DNA from: Scyliorhinus canicula
Taxonomy: Eukaryota
Direction of reading: 5' to 3'
DNA length: 64,000 nucleotides
Assembly (NCBI RefSeq): GCF_902713615.1
Contig: NC_052152.1
Location: 15,601,215-15,665,214, forward strand
The notes under the pieces are model-generated. The model was not told the origin of the DNA. It did not search any database and was given only the letters and a program-made list of their open reading frames with translations. Positions within the stretch are counted from its first letter, which is position 1; each line of letters starts with the position of its first letter. Positions 1-11,691 of this stretch are shown here, piece by piece. The position numbers were made by a program, and so were the translations under genes.

Positions 1-889
1 AGTAATTTAAGTTTAATACTTTTCAATCTAAATTTAAAGTATTATTTAGGGTCAGTATATTCATGCATCATTTAATATTTTGTTTGCCCCACTGAGTTCC
101 TCTTAAAAATTTATTTTTGAACTGAAAATGTTTCATCTCTGATCTTTTGTCAAAGCTCTTCCCTCTTCTACTGATCAAGTTCAGACAAGCATAATTTCTG
201 TACACAGTTTCTTAAACTGTTATTGTTTCCCACCTGAAAATACATTGAGAAGATAGGCAAGAATGTAACTGTTTCTGTAAATCCTCAAGACGTCCATTCA
301 CGATCAATTCGTAACTCTTTCCTCTTTTTATCTCAGTTTTTTTCAAAAAGTTATCGAGCCGTTTAGCCGGCCGTGCCTCCTTGGCGCACGTTTCCAGCAG
401 ATGTTCTGACCAGTGGGATCTAAGATCCACCACGATAAAAGAGAAACAGGGAATTCCTTTCCTTTCCATCTTCTTCCATTCTTCCGTAGCCATTTTCCAT
501 GACTGGTCTTTCGATCTTGGTAGCTTGCTGGCGTTATTTTTTACGTATTCGTTTTATTTATTTTCCTTCTTCCTCGTATTAAGCTCGAATTTCTGTAAAC
601 TAAATTCCCAAAGCCGTTCGCTTGTTACTCTTTGTCAGCTTGCGGTTTCCGTGTTCTTTGCTAACTCCAGGCTTGAGCTGCATTCTCAGGTTACAACCCT
701 GTGGGTGGTATGAAGGAAGCTGGGTGGTGCAGACGCCGCTCTATAAACCCTTATTTAATGCAAATTACTGGTAAAGGAGATAAAGACTAATGTGTGCTGT
801 ACAAAAAGTTATTAAAACTTTCCACCCAAATCATAATCTATAATCGTACGCAATTTCCAATAATTTGTATCACTCTTGTAGTTAGCGTA

Positions 890-1345
890 GGTATTCAATA
901 ATTACAACGCTTTTCAAACATACCAAGATGCTTCACAATAGACAATAATTCGTAAGAAAAACATTCACAACCAAGGAAAGATATGTCAGGATATGTGATT
1001 AAAAGTTCTATCAAAAGTTAAGTTTGAAGCAGGGTCTGAAGAAACCAGAACTAGTTCAAGGGATGGAAAGGTTTGGGGAACGAATTCCAATCCAGAGTTT
1101 AAGGCTTGACCACACATGGTGGGATGAAAGAAGTGGAGGGTGCACAAGATTCCAGATTTGGAAGATTGCAGAGTTCTTGGAGGGTTGTGGGATTGGAAGA
1201 GGGTACAGAGATAAAGAGGGACGAGGTCAGGCGAGACTTGAACGTGCGGGTGAAAATTTTAAACCTGCAGCATTAGTGGAGCGAGAGGTTGATACTTGAG
1301 CAGGATTTTGTGCAATTGAAAAACAGCAAAATTTGGATGAGCTTA
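890..1345 (-). mobile_element. Degenerate L2-type LINE 3' fragment
   Basis: Resembles a shark L2 3' end in reverse (ggtttggggaacgaattcca...gattttgtg...ttttggatgagc); an adjacent plus-strand LQLNIGKTK RT-like snippet lies at ~1380. Confidence 0.45.
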
Positions 1346-1439
1346 CTGCCTCTAAATGATCATGCTGTCGTCCATTTGCCTCCAGTTAAACATTGGAAAA
1401 ACCAAAGCCTTTATCTTCAAAAGTCACTTGGTAATGCAG

Positions 1440-2230
1440 AACATTGAATATTGCTGAAGTTTTTCATTTTACACTCATCATGACAAATCCAAGAATGCTA
1501 AATTTCAAACTATGACAACAATTTACACCACAAGAGAAAAGGGTGTTGATTGGTTAGCAAGCTGACTCTGATTGGCCATGGCATTGCAAGGGAAACTATG
1601 GGCTCTCCAGCCTCCTGAGTAATTCAAAAAAGATGGAAGGCTTGAATATATTCCATTTTTTTGCAGAGAATGGGTCAAAGCATATAAATATATGTTTCTA
1701 GTAAATTAGCTATGTTATGAGCTTGACTGATTATCTGAAATTGGTAGTTAGTGCAGCTATTAATGTAATTAGGATTATTCAAATGGTGACCAAATGGAGA
1801 ATCATATCTAAGAGCAGACTTTTTTCAGGTTTTGCAAGTGAAGGCTCATTGACTATGGTCTGTACGCTGCCAGTTACGAACAACCAAAGGAATGTGTTGT
1901 TTGCTTCAGTGAACCAATATTTGGAACATATAGCCTATGTACTTGACATTGCACCAGCACTGAAATTCACATATGATGTTCCTCAATTGTGTGGTGGGTA
2001 AAATGTCTTTTTGGACTGATGGCAGCATACTGTTTGTGGAAAACATTGTTTGCGTAATCGGCAAGTGTGAAACAGCTTGCTTCCCCTCTTTTTCCAACAT
2101 TTTTATAAGTAAAAATATTTGCCTTTTGAAAGTAATTCGAAGTAGACAGGGCATTTTTCAGGTCCAAAAGTGGTGGCCTTTGGCCCATTTGCTAGTCTGT
2201 GCAAGACACAACGAACAACAACCTGATCAG
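1440..2230 (-). mobile_element. Degenerate Penelope-like element, GIY-YIG endonuclease region
   Basis: PxKCPVY..., FSTNSMLPSVQKDILPTTQLRNIICEFQCWCNVKYIG resembles the PLE KDxLP..SNVVYxFxCxC..YVG GIY-YIG signature; contains frameshifts and stops. Confidence 0.7.
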
Positions 2231-2437
2231 GAAAGCCACTGTTCCACAGGATAGAATATAAAAAATAGGAGCAGGAGTAGACTATTCAGCTTTCCGAGTC
2301 TTCTCCGCCATTCAATGAGTTTGGAGCTGGTCCTCTACTGTAACGATCTCTTTATTCACTTTAATACACTTGCATAAGAACTAAATCAAAACTTAGATCA
2401 AATAATACATAAAATCCATATCTATGGGGCATCTATG

Positions 2438-2776
2438 GGGCAGCACGGTAGCATTGTGGATAGCACAATCGCGTCACAGCTCCAGGGTCCCAGGTTTGAT
2501 TCCGGCTTGGGTCACTGTCTGTGCGGAGTCTGCACAGCCTCCCCGTGTGTGCGTGGGTTTCCTCCGTGTGCTCCGGTTTCCTCCCACAGTCCAAAGATGT
2601 GCAGGTTAGGTGGATTAGCCATGATAAATTGCCCTTAGTGTTGGGTGGGGTTACTGGATTATGGGGATAGGGTGGAGGTGTTAACCTTGGGTGGGTAGGG
2701 TGCTCTTTCCAGGAGCCGGTGCAGACTCGATGGGCCGAATGGCCTCCTTCTGTACTGTAAATTCTATGTAATCTAT
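2438..2776 (+). mobile_element. HE1-type V-SINE (type A: tRNA head + V core + CR1-like tail)
   Basis: GGGCAGCACGGTAGC A-box/B-box head, GGGTTTCCTCC..CTCCGGTTTCCTCCCACAGTCCAAAGATGTGC core, GGGCCGAATGGCCTCCTTCTG..ATTCTATG tail. Confidence 0.9.
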
Positions 2777-3144
2777 AGCTTAATCCCTTATTTACTCTCA
2801 ATAGCTTCTAATTCGCAGCTGAAATCATCTCCTGATTTGTTCAAATAGATGTCTGCCACTTAGAAAATGATTTGTTATTCAAACATTGGTCATTACTACA
2901 AATTTACTAATGTCCATCAAATTAATTAAATGGCTGCGTGCACCCGTCACATATGCCATTCCTACAAACATAAGATGCATGCATTAACCTTGTTGTTGCT
3001 AAGGCTTTGATACATTTTCATTACTAAATTATTGAAAAACAATGGTCTTATTCATTACAAAAGGCTTTTATGCAACATTTCATGAAACAATATTTTGAAT
3101 TCTACAAACGTGGCACAATGTTTTGAATTTATGCAGACATAACA

Positions 3145-3264
3145 TTCCCGTACCAACCTCCCCGAACAGGCGGCAGAATGTGGAGACTAGGGGCTTTTCA
3201 CAGTAACTTCATTTAAAGCCTACTTGTGACAATAAGCAATTTTCATTCATTCATTGCATTTTCA
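3145..3264 (+). mobile_element. SINE type C, 5'-truncated
   Basis: Shares GAATGTGG.GACTAGGGGCTTTTCACAGTAACTTCAT..GCCTACTTGTGACAATAAG(TTTCA)n with the copies at 18241, 23247, 46652 and 47246. Confidence 0.8.
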
Positions 3265-3399
3265 TAGCACCAAAGTTTGACAGTTTATTCATTATCTAAA
3301 ACAATGACTGTATTCTCACAGTCAAGTCATTTTTAATAATTTCACTCTAGCTATGCATTCAATTAGCATATAAAACCATCAATAATCTTTCATCTACCT

Positions 3400-3870
3400 C
3401 AATGCCATTTTACGGCACAATCCCCATATCACTTGATGTTTCAATTGATCTCAGTCTTGACCATACTCAATAACTGAGACTCCACAGCCCTCTGCGGCAG
3501 AGAATTCCAAAGATTTACCACCCTCTCAGTGAATAAGTTCCTCATCTCAGTCCCAATTGGCCTTCCCCTTATTCAGAGATTATGTACCCTTTTTCAAGAC
3601 CCCGCCAGCAAACAGAAGCATCCTTCCTGCACCTACCTTGTCAAGCTCTGTAAGAATTTTGTGTACTTGAACTAAATCACCTCTCATTCTTCTACACTCG
3701 AGAGAATAAAGACCCAGTCTATGTAATACTGTATTTCCTCATGGGACAATCCCTTCATCCCAGAAAATAATTTAGTGAACCATTGCTGTACTCCCTCTAT
3801 AACAAGTATATATTTCCTTAGTTAAGGAGATCAAAACTGCACACAATACTCCAGGTGCCATCTCACCAGT
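3400..3870 (-). mobile_element. CR1 LINE 3' fragment
   Basis: Reverse complement encodes LEYCVQFWSP...LWNSLP-like CR1 RT C-terminus; homologous to 19013-19300 and 55965-56580. Confidence 0.75.
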
Positions 3871-4046
3871 ACTTTAGATAATAGAGATAGATTTGATGCA
3901 CTCTGTTTCTGCATCAAGCTTGCAAGTAACGAAAATGGTTAGGACCCTATTTACAAAATATCTGATAAGACAAATACTGTAGCATATAAAGATATGAACA
4001 TCAACATATACATTAACTAGTGAAGGTAGCCATCTAATGCATTCCT

Positions 4047-4327
4047 GGGCTGGATTCTCCCAAAATGGGGCAATGTTCCCACGCCGGCATAAAAATGCTG
4101 GCATTGCACTACCGAGTTTCCTAAAAAAAAGATAAACCAATTCACTTACCTTCAGTGGGCCAGCAGGGACCCAGAGTAATTCACGCAGCTTTGGCTGTGG
4201 ATATGGGCCCCGCACTTCCGGTCTTGAGTGCATGCGCAAGGCGGCGGCCTCCAGCGACCGCGCTGAGCCCCTTGGCAGACTCGGACCGCGGAGGCAGCTC
4301 TGAAATGTAGGCACCCCCCGATCTCCC
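4047..4327. mobile_element. Left end of a Harbinger-type MITE, truncated at the L1 junction
   Basis: Starts GGGCTGGATTCTCC, similar to the TIR GGGCGCGATTCTCC at 27329; GC-rich; no right end found. Confidence 0.55.
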
Positions 4328-7300
4328 ACTAGCCCCTCAGGCTAGGAGGGGTCTTAGCCTGGGGGGGGGGGGGGGGGGGGAAATAACAGGTTGCTGCTGG
4401 ATTGGCCAGGGAGGAGCTGGTGCGGGTCGGGGGTGGTCGGGGTGAGGTTCTATCGCCGTGGGAAACGGGCCGAGTGGGGGGTGCTGGCCAGGGGCGAGCA
4501 GACGATGGGCTATGGCTAGTCGACGGGGGAGGGGGACGGGGTGCCCCGATCCGGCTGATCACGTGGAACGTCAGGGGGTTGAATGGGCCGGTTAAGCGGG
4601 CCCGGGTGTTTTCGCATCTGAAGGGGCTGAAGGCAGACGTGGCCATGCTTCAGGAGACTCACCTGAAGGTGGCGGACCAGGTTCATCTGAGGAAGGGGTG
4701 GGTGGGGCAAGTTTTCCATTCAGGGCTCGACTCGAAGAACCGGGGGGTGGCGATCCTGGTGGGGAAGAGGGTGGCGTTTGAGGCATCTGAGGTGGTGGCT
4801 GATAGTGGCGGCAGATATGTGATAGTGAGCGGTAAGCTGCAGGGGGAGAGGGTGGTGTTGATAAATGCTTATGCCCCAAATTGGGATGATGCTGGTTTCA
4901 TGAGGGGTATGTTGGGCCGCATTCCTGACCTGGAGGCGGGGGGCCTGATCATGGGGGGGGGACTTCAATACGGTGCTGGATCCCCTACTGGATCGTTCTA
5001 GTTCTAGGACAGGCAGGAGGCCGGCGGCGGCCAAGGTGTTGAGGGGATTTATGGACCAGATGGGAGGGGTGGATCCCTGGAGGTTTGGGAGGCCGAGGGC
5101 TCGGGAGTACTCTTTTTTCTCCCACGTGCACAGGGTTTATTCCCGTATTGATTTTTTTGTCCTGAGTAGGGGGCTGGTCCCGAGGGTGGAGGATACCGAA
5201 TATTCGGCTATAGTGATTTCGGACCATGCTCCGCATTGGGTGGATCTGGAGATGGGGGAGGTGCGGGACCAGCGCCCGCTTTGGCGTCTGGACGTGGGGT
5301 TGTTGGCTGATGAGGAGGTGTGCAGGAGGGTCCGGGGATGTATTGAGAGGTACCTCGAGGCCAATGATACTGGGGAGGTCCGGGTGGGGATGGTGTGGGA
5401 GGCTCTGAAGGCAGTGATTAGGGGGGAGCTGATTTCCATCCGAGCCCATAGGGAGAGGGGGGAGAGGAGGGAGAGGGAGAGACTGGTGGGGGAGCTGCTG
5501 AGTGTAGATAGGAGGTATGCGGAGGCCCCGGAGGAGGGATTGCTGGGGGAGCGGCGTAGCCTGCAGGCCACATTTGATTTATTGACCACCAGAAAGGCGG
5601 AGACACAGTGGAGGAAGGCACAGGGAGCGGTCTATGAATATGGAGAGAAGGCGAGCAGGATGCTGGTGCATCAGCTTCACAAGCGGGACGCGGCTAGGGA
5701 GATTGGTGGAGTGAAGGATAGGGGTGGGAATGTGGTGCGGCGGGGGCAGAGGCCAATGGGGTCTTTAGGGACTTCTACAGGGAACTGTACCGGTCGGAGC
5801 CGCCGGTGGGAAAGGGCGGGGGGGGAATGGAAAGCTTTTTGAACAGGCTGCAATTTCCAAGGGTGCAGGAGGAGCAGGTGGAGGGACTGGGGGCGCCGAT
5901 CGAATTGGAGGAGCTGGTTAGAGGGATTGGCTACATGCAGTCGGGGAAGGCGCCGGGACCGGATGGGTTCCCGGTTGAATTTTATAAAAAATACGCGGAC
6001 CTGTTGGGCCCCCTGTTGGTTCTGACCTTTAACGAGGCATGCGAGGGGGGAGTTTTGCCCCCGACGATGTCACGGGCGCTGATTTCTCTGATCCTGAAGC
6101 GAAATAAGGACCCCTTGCAGTGTGGATCATATAGGCCAATTTCACTGCTGAATGTGGACGCCAAGTTGCTGGCGAAGATCTTGGCCACTAGAATAGAGGA
6201 CTGTGTGCCGGGGGTGATACATGAAGATCAGATGGATTTTGTGAAGGGGAGGCAGCTGAACACTAACGTGCGTAGGCTGCTAAATGTGATAATGATGCCG
6301 GCGGCAGATGGAGAGGCGGAGATTGTGGTGGCATTGGATGTGGAGAAGGCCTTTGATAGGGTTGAGTGGGGGTACTTGTGGGTGGTGTTAGAGAGGTTCG
6401 GGTTTGGGGAGGGGTTTATTAAATGGGTGAGGTTGCTGTACGAGGCCACGATGGCGAGTGCAGCGACAAATGGGAGGAGGTCAAAGTACTTCAGGCTCTA
6501 CCGTGGGACGAGGCAAGGGTGCCCCCTGTCCCCCTTGCTTTTTGCGTTGGCAATTGAGCCTCTGGCCATGGCGCTCAGGGAGTCGGGGAGGTGGAGGGGT
6601 CTGGTGCGGGGTGGAGAGGAGCATCGAGTGTCGCTTTATGCAGATGACTTGTTGCTGTATGTAGCAGACCCGGTGGGGGGAATGCCGGAGGTGATGGAGA
6701 TTCTTGCTGAGTTTGGGAGTTTCTCGGGCTACAAGTTGAACCTGGGCAAGAGCGAACTGTTTGTTGTACATCCGGGAGATCAGGAGGAGGGGATTGGTAG
6801 GCTCCCGCTAAAAAGGGCAGTGAGGAGTTTTAGGTACCTGGGGGTTCAGGTGGCTAGGAGTTGGAGGACTTTGCATAAGCTTAATTTTACTAGGTTGGTG
6901 GAGCAGATGGAGGAGGAGTTTAAAAGGTGGGACATGCTGCCGCTGTCGTTGGCGGATAGAGTACAGTCCGTTAAAATGATGGTGCTCCCAAGGTTTTTGT
7001 TTTTGTTTCAGTGCCTCCCCATTTTCATTCCTAGGGCCTTTTTTAGGAGGGTGAACAGCAGCATTCTGGGATTTGTTTGGGCGCACTACCTCCGAGGGTA
7101 AGGAGGGTCTTTTTGGAGCGGGGCAGGGATAGAGGGGGGCTGGTGCTGCCCAACCTCTCTGGGTACTATTGGGCGGCTAATGCCTCGATGGTACGTAAGT
7201 GGGTAATGGACGGGGAGGGGGCAGCATGGAAACGGATGGAGATGGGGTCCTGTGGGGGCACGAGCCTGAAGGCACTGGTAACGGCGCCGTTGCCGCTCCC

Positions 7301-8295
7301 TCCAATGAGGTACACTACGAGCCCGGTGGTGGCGGCTACCCTCAAGATTTGGCGGCAGTGGAGGCGACACAGGGGGGAAGTGGGGGTCTCGGTGGAGGCC
7401 CCGCTGTGGGGGAACCACCGGTTTGTCCCAGGGAACATTGATGGCGGGTTCCTGGGGTGGCACAGGGCGGGCATAAGGAAGTTGGGAGACCTGTTCATTG
7501 ACGGGAGGTTTGCGAGCCTGGGTGAGCTGGAGGAGAAGTTTGAGCTCCCCCCGGGGAATATGTTCAGGTACCTTCAGGTCAAGGAGTTTGCTAGGCGGCA
7601 GGTGGAGGGGTTCCCTTTGCTGCCCCCACGGGGGGGTAAGGGATAGAGTGCTTTCGGGGTGTGGATCGGGGATGGGAAGGTGTCTGACATCTACCAGGTG
7701 ATGCAGGAGGTGGAGGAGGTGTCGTTAGAGGAGCTGAAGGCTAAGTGGGAAGTGGAGCTGGGGGAGCAGATTGAGGAGGGGACATGGGCGAACGCCCTGG
7801 AGAGGGTGAACTCCTCCTCTTCATGTGCGAGGCTTAGCCTCATCCAGTTCATGGTACTGCACAGGGCTCATATGTCCGGGACGAGGATGAGCAGGTTTTT
7901 TGGGGGTGAGGACAGGTGCATTAGGTATTTGGGGAGCCCAGCAAACCATGCCCATATGTTTTGGGCATGCCTGGCACTGGGGGAATTCTGGAAGGGGGTA
8001 GCAAGGACGGTGTCGAGGGTGGTAGGATCCAGGGTCAAACCAGGCTGGGGACTTGCGATATCTGGGGTTGGGGTGGAGCCGGGAGTGCAGAAGGCGAAAG
8101 AGGCCAGTGTTTTGGCCTTTGCGTCCCTCGTAGCCCGGCGGAGGATCTTGTTGCAATAGAAAGATGCGAGACCCCCAAGCTTGGAGACCTGGATCAATGA
8201 CATGGCGGGATTCATTAAGCTGGAGAAGGTCAAATTTGCCCTGAGGGTGTCGGTACAAGGGTTCTTTAGGGAACTAGGTCAGCAGCAGCAGCAAC

Positions 8296-8357
<62 letters not shown>

Positions 8358-8540
8358 TCAGGGGGGCATTGTTTATGTTAATTTCATTTATTGTTAATTT
8401 ATGTTGTTGTTTATTGGGGTGGGGGGGTTCCTTATATGCGTTGTTACGGGTGCCGGGGGGTGTTTATTATTGTTATTATTATTATTGTTCTGTTGTTATA
8501 CATTTTTCAAAAATTTCGATAAAAATTATTTTAAAAAAAA
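4328..8540 (+). mobile_element. L1-clade LINE lacking ORF1; near-complete ORF2 (APE + RT + Cys-rich end) with several frameshifts
   Basis: RLITWNVRGLN..MLQETHL, SDHAP (APE); GKAPGPDG, YRPISLLN, RQGCPLSP, YADD (RT); HAHMFWAC; G-tract 3'UTR (58 G, 8298-8355) and A tail 8533-8540. Confidence 0.95.
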
Positions 8541-9073
8541 GATGTACTGCAGGAACTCACAAAGGCACCTTAGATAGCACCTTCCACATGCATGACAACC
8601 ATCTAGAACAACAAGGACAGCAGATACTTGGAACACCACCACCTGGGAGTTGCCCTTCAAGCCACTCATCATCCTGATTGGAAGTATATCATCGTTCCTT
8701 CACTGTCACTGGGGTCAAATCCTGCAACTCCCTCCCTAACAGCACTGTCGATGTGTCTACACGACATGGACTGCAGTGGTTCAGGAAGGCAATTCTCACG
8801 GGGAATTACGAATGGTCAATAAATACTGGCCTAGCCAGCGAAGCCCACATCCCTTGAATGAATTTTTAAAAAGTATGGGTAGAGACGACTGCAACACAAT
8901 CCTGGTGGAAACAAAATCCCATCTTCACATTGAGGATGACCTCCATTGTGCTGTGTGGCACTTCTAAATGGGATTTATTGACAACTGACCTGGCAGTTCA
9001 AAACTGGGCATCCATGAGGTGCAGTGGGACATGATCAGCAGCAGCATGCTACACCACAATCTGTATCCTCATA

Positions 9074-9306
9074 CGAAAGAGAAAATGCTGGAAAATCTCA
9101 GCAAGTCTGGCAGCATCTGTAGGGAGAGAAAAGAACTAACGTTTCGAGTCCGATGACTTTTTGTCAAAGCTCGGAACTTTGACAAAGAGTCATTGGACCC
9201 GAAACATTAGCTCTTTTCTCTCCCTACAGATGCTACCAGACTTGCTGAGATTTTCCAGCATTTTCTCTTTCGTTTCAGATTCCAGCATCCGCAGTAACTT
9301 GCTTTT
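9074..9306. mobile_element. Palindromic Penelope-like terminal-repeat insert with two minimal hammerhead motifs
   Basis: ~96 bp inverted arms 9074-9169 / 9177-9272; 15 bp TSD ATCTGTATCCTCATA at 9059-9073 and 9307-9321; TTGACAA-stem-GAAA cores. Confidence 0.85.
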
Positions 9307-10257
9307 ATCTGTATCCTCATAGTCTGGCATATTCTTCACTTTATCTTTACCATCATGCCAGGGGACTCACCCTGGTTCACTGAAGAGCGCAGGAGAGCCT
9401 GCCAAGTGCAGCACCAGGTCTACCTAAGCATAAAATGCCAGCCTACTGAAGCTACAACTATAATATATATGCTAAACAATCCCACATTCAATAAATCAGA
9501 CCAAACCAATGCAGTCCTGTCGTGTCCAGTCCTGAATAGTGGTGGGCAATTAAATAATTGACTGGGGGAGGAGAACATTTCATCCACAGTAATGAGGGAC
9601 CCCAGCAAGTGAGTGCAAAGACAAGGCTGAAGCATTTGTAGAAATCTCCAGCCTGAAGTGCCGAATTGATGACCCACCTTGGCATCCTCCTGAAGCTCTC
9701 ATCATCACAGATGCCAGTCTTCAACCAAGCAATTCACTCTATATGATAATCAGAAATGGCTGAAAGCACTGGATATAGCAGAGGCTGTGGACCTCAACTA
9801 CATTGCAGCTGTAGTGCGAAAGACATTTGCCCCATAACTAGCTGCACCTCTCGCCAAGGCATTCCAGTACAGCTACAATGTTGACATGTGCCTGGCAAAG
9901 TGGAATATTGGCGAGGTATGCCTTGTGCACAAAACACAGGACAAATCTAAAATGGCCATTTACTACCCTGCAACCTACTCAGTCATCAGCAAAGTAATGA
10001 TTGGGGTGATTGACAGTATTTTCAAGTGGCACCTGTTTTTCAATCATCTACTTACCAATGTTCAGTTTGTGATCCACCAGGAACATTTATTACAACATTG
10101 GTCCAAAGAAGAATAAAGGAGCTGAATTCCAGAGATATGGCAAGAATGTCTACCCTTGACATCAAGGCAGCATTTGACTGAGCATGCCATCAATCAGGAT
10201 GTGACTGGTGGTATTGTAGGAGGATCTGTGTTTGGGCCTCAACTGTTCACTATTATT

Positions 10258-10466
10258 TTTTTTTTTATAAATTTAGATTACCCAATCATTTTTTCCAATT
10301 AAGGGGCAATTTAGCATGGCCAATCCACCTACTCTGCACATTTTTGGGTTGTGGGGGCGAAACCCACGCAGACACGGGGAGAATGTGCAAACTCCACACG
10401 GACAGTGAACCAGAGCCGGGATCGAACCTGGGACCTCAGCGCCGTGAGGCGGTTGTGCTAACCACT
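10258..10466 (-). mobile_element. SINE type D (HE1-like head, short body, poly(A) tail)
   Basis: 16 bp TSD ACTGTTCACTATTATT at 10242-10257 and 10467-10482; T tract at the left end. Confidence 0.85.
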
Positions 10467-10564
10467 ACTGTTCACTATTATTAGGGATTCAGGTACTACC
10501 ATCATTCAAGTGCCATAAATAGATCCAGGAAAGAATAAAAAAGAAGGTAATTGAATGGTAGCCC

Positions 10565-10745
10565 TTTTTTATACACTTTTGATTAAAACAAATAAATCTT
10601 TAAATTAAATAAATAGCCCCTGGTGGGGTACTATAACTAAAACACAATGCCAAAAGTAAGCTTAACTAACTAAACCAAAATATCAGTCCCGGAGGCGATG
10701 ATGCACTCCAGTCCCTGGAGTTCCCACTGGTAGCCTTTTTCTCTC
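10565..10745 (-). mobile_element. Possible Tx1/L1-type LINE extreme 3' fragment
   Basis: Reverse strand encodes ...QGLECIIASGTDILV* followed by an AT-rich UTR and A tract. Confidence 0.4.
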
Positions 10746-11344
10746 TGACAATACAAGTGGTTAAAAGTCTTGCTTCAACTGTGCAAAGTCCTGAAGTTAA
10801 TAGGAACATTCTATTGGCTGGCAATCTAGCACAAAAAAATATAGTTGATGTTGGAGGCCAATGATCTCAGCTCCAGACTACCAGTGCTCAAATATCATCA
10901 ACTACTTTTATCATCAACTACTTTATCAATGATCTAATCTCAATAATAAGGTCAGAAGTCAGAATGTTTGCCGAAGAGTGTAGTGTTCAGTTCCATTCGT
11001 AACTCCTCTGATAATGAAGCTATCCATGCCCCAATGCAACACGATCTGGACAACATTCAGGATTGGGCTGATAAGTGACAAATAACATTTGTGCTACACA
11101 AGTGCAAGACAATGGCTATCTCCAGTGAGAAAATGTCTAACCATCACCCCTTTACATTTATTGACGTAACCATCACAAACCCCCAACATCAATATTCTAG
11201 ACATCACAAATAACTACAGACTTAACTGGGCTAGCCACATATATACTATGGTTATAAGAGCAGGACGGATGCTAGAATGCTGCAGGCAGATCTCACTTCC
11301 TGTCTTCTCAAAGCCTTTCCACCATCTCCAGATACCTCGGGAGT

Positions 11345-11691
11345 GGGGTGGCATGGTGGCACAGTAGTTAGCACTGCTGCCTCACAGAGCCAGGGAACCA
11401 GGTTCAATTCTCGCCTTGGTTGACTGTGTGGAGTTTGCACGTTCTCTCCATATCTGCATGAGTTTCCTCTGGGTGCACCAGTTTCCTCCTACAGTCCAAA
11501 AATGTGCAAGTTAGGTGGATTGCCCATGCTAAATTGCCCCTTGGTGTCTAAAGATGTGCAGATTAGGTGGGTTTACTGGCATAGGGCGTAGGAGTAGGTC
11601 CAGGTCGGGTGTTCTTTCAGAGAGTCGTGCAGACACGATGGGCCAAATGACCTCCTTCTGCACTGCAGGGGCTCTATGGATTCTATTCTAT
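11345..11691 (+). mobile_element. HE1-type V-SINE (older, diverged)
   Basis: Same head/core/tail layout as 2438-2776. Confidence 0.85.

Noticed and set aside
212-493. 93 aa minus-strand ORF as a protein-coding gene
   Set aside because: No recognisable domain or supported exon structure.
2424-2801. Recurring short ORFs (..PGSIPAWVTVC.. / ..LTCTSLDCGRKPEH..) as a gene family, and SINE heads as tRNA genes
   Set aside because: They are HE1 SINE copies; the heads have A/B boxes but run on into SINE bodies.
8298-8355. Poly-Gly coding tract
   Set aside because: G homopolymer in the L1 3'UTR; its length may be an assembly artefact.
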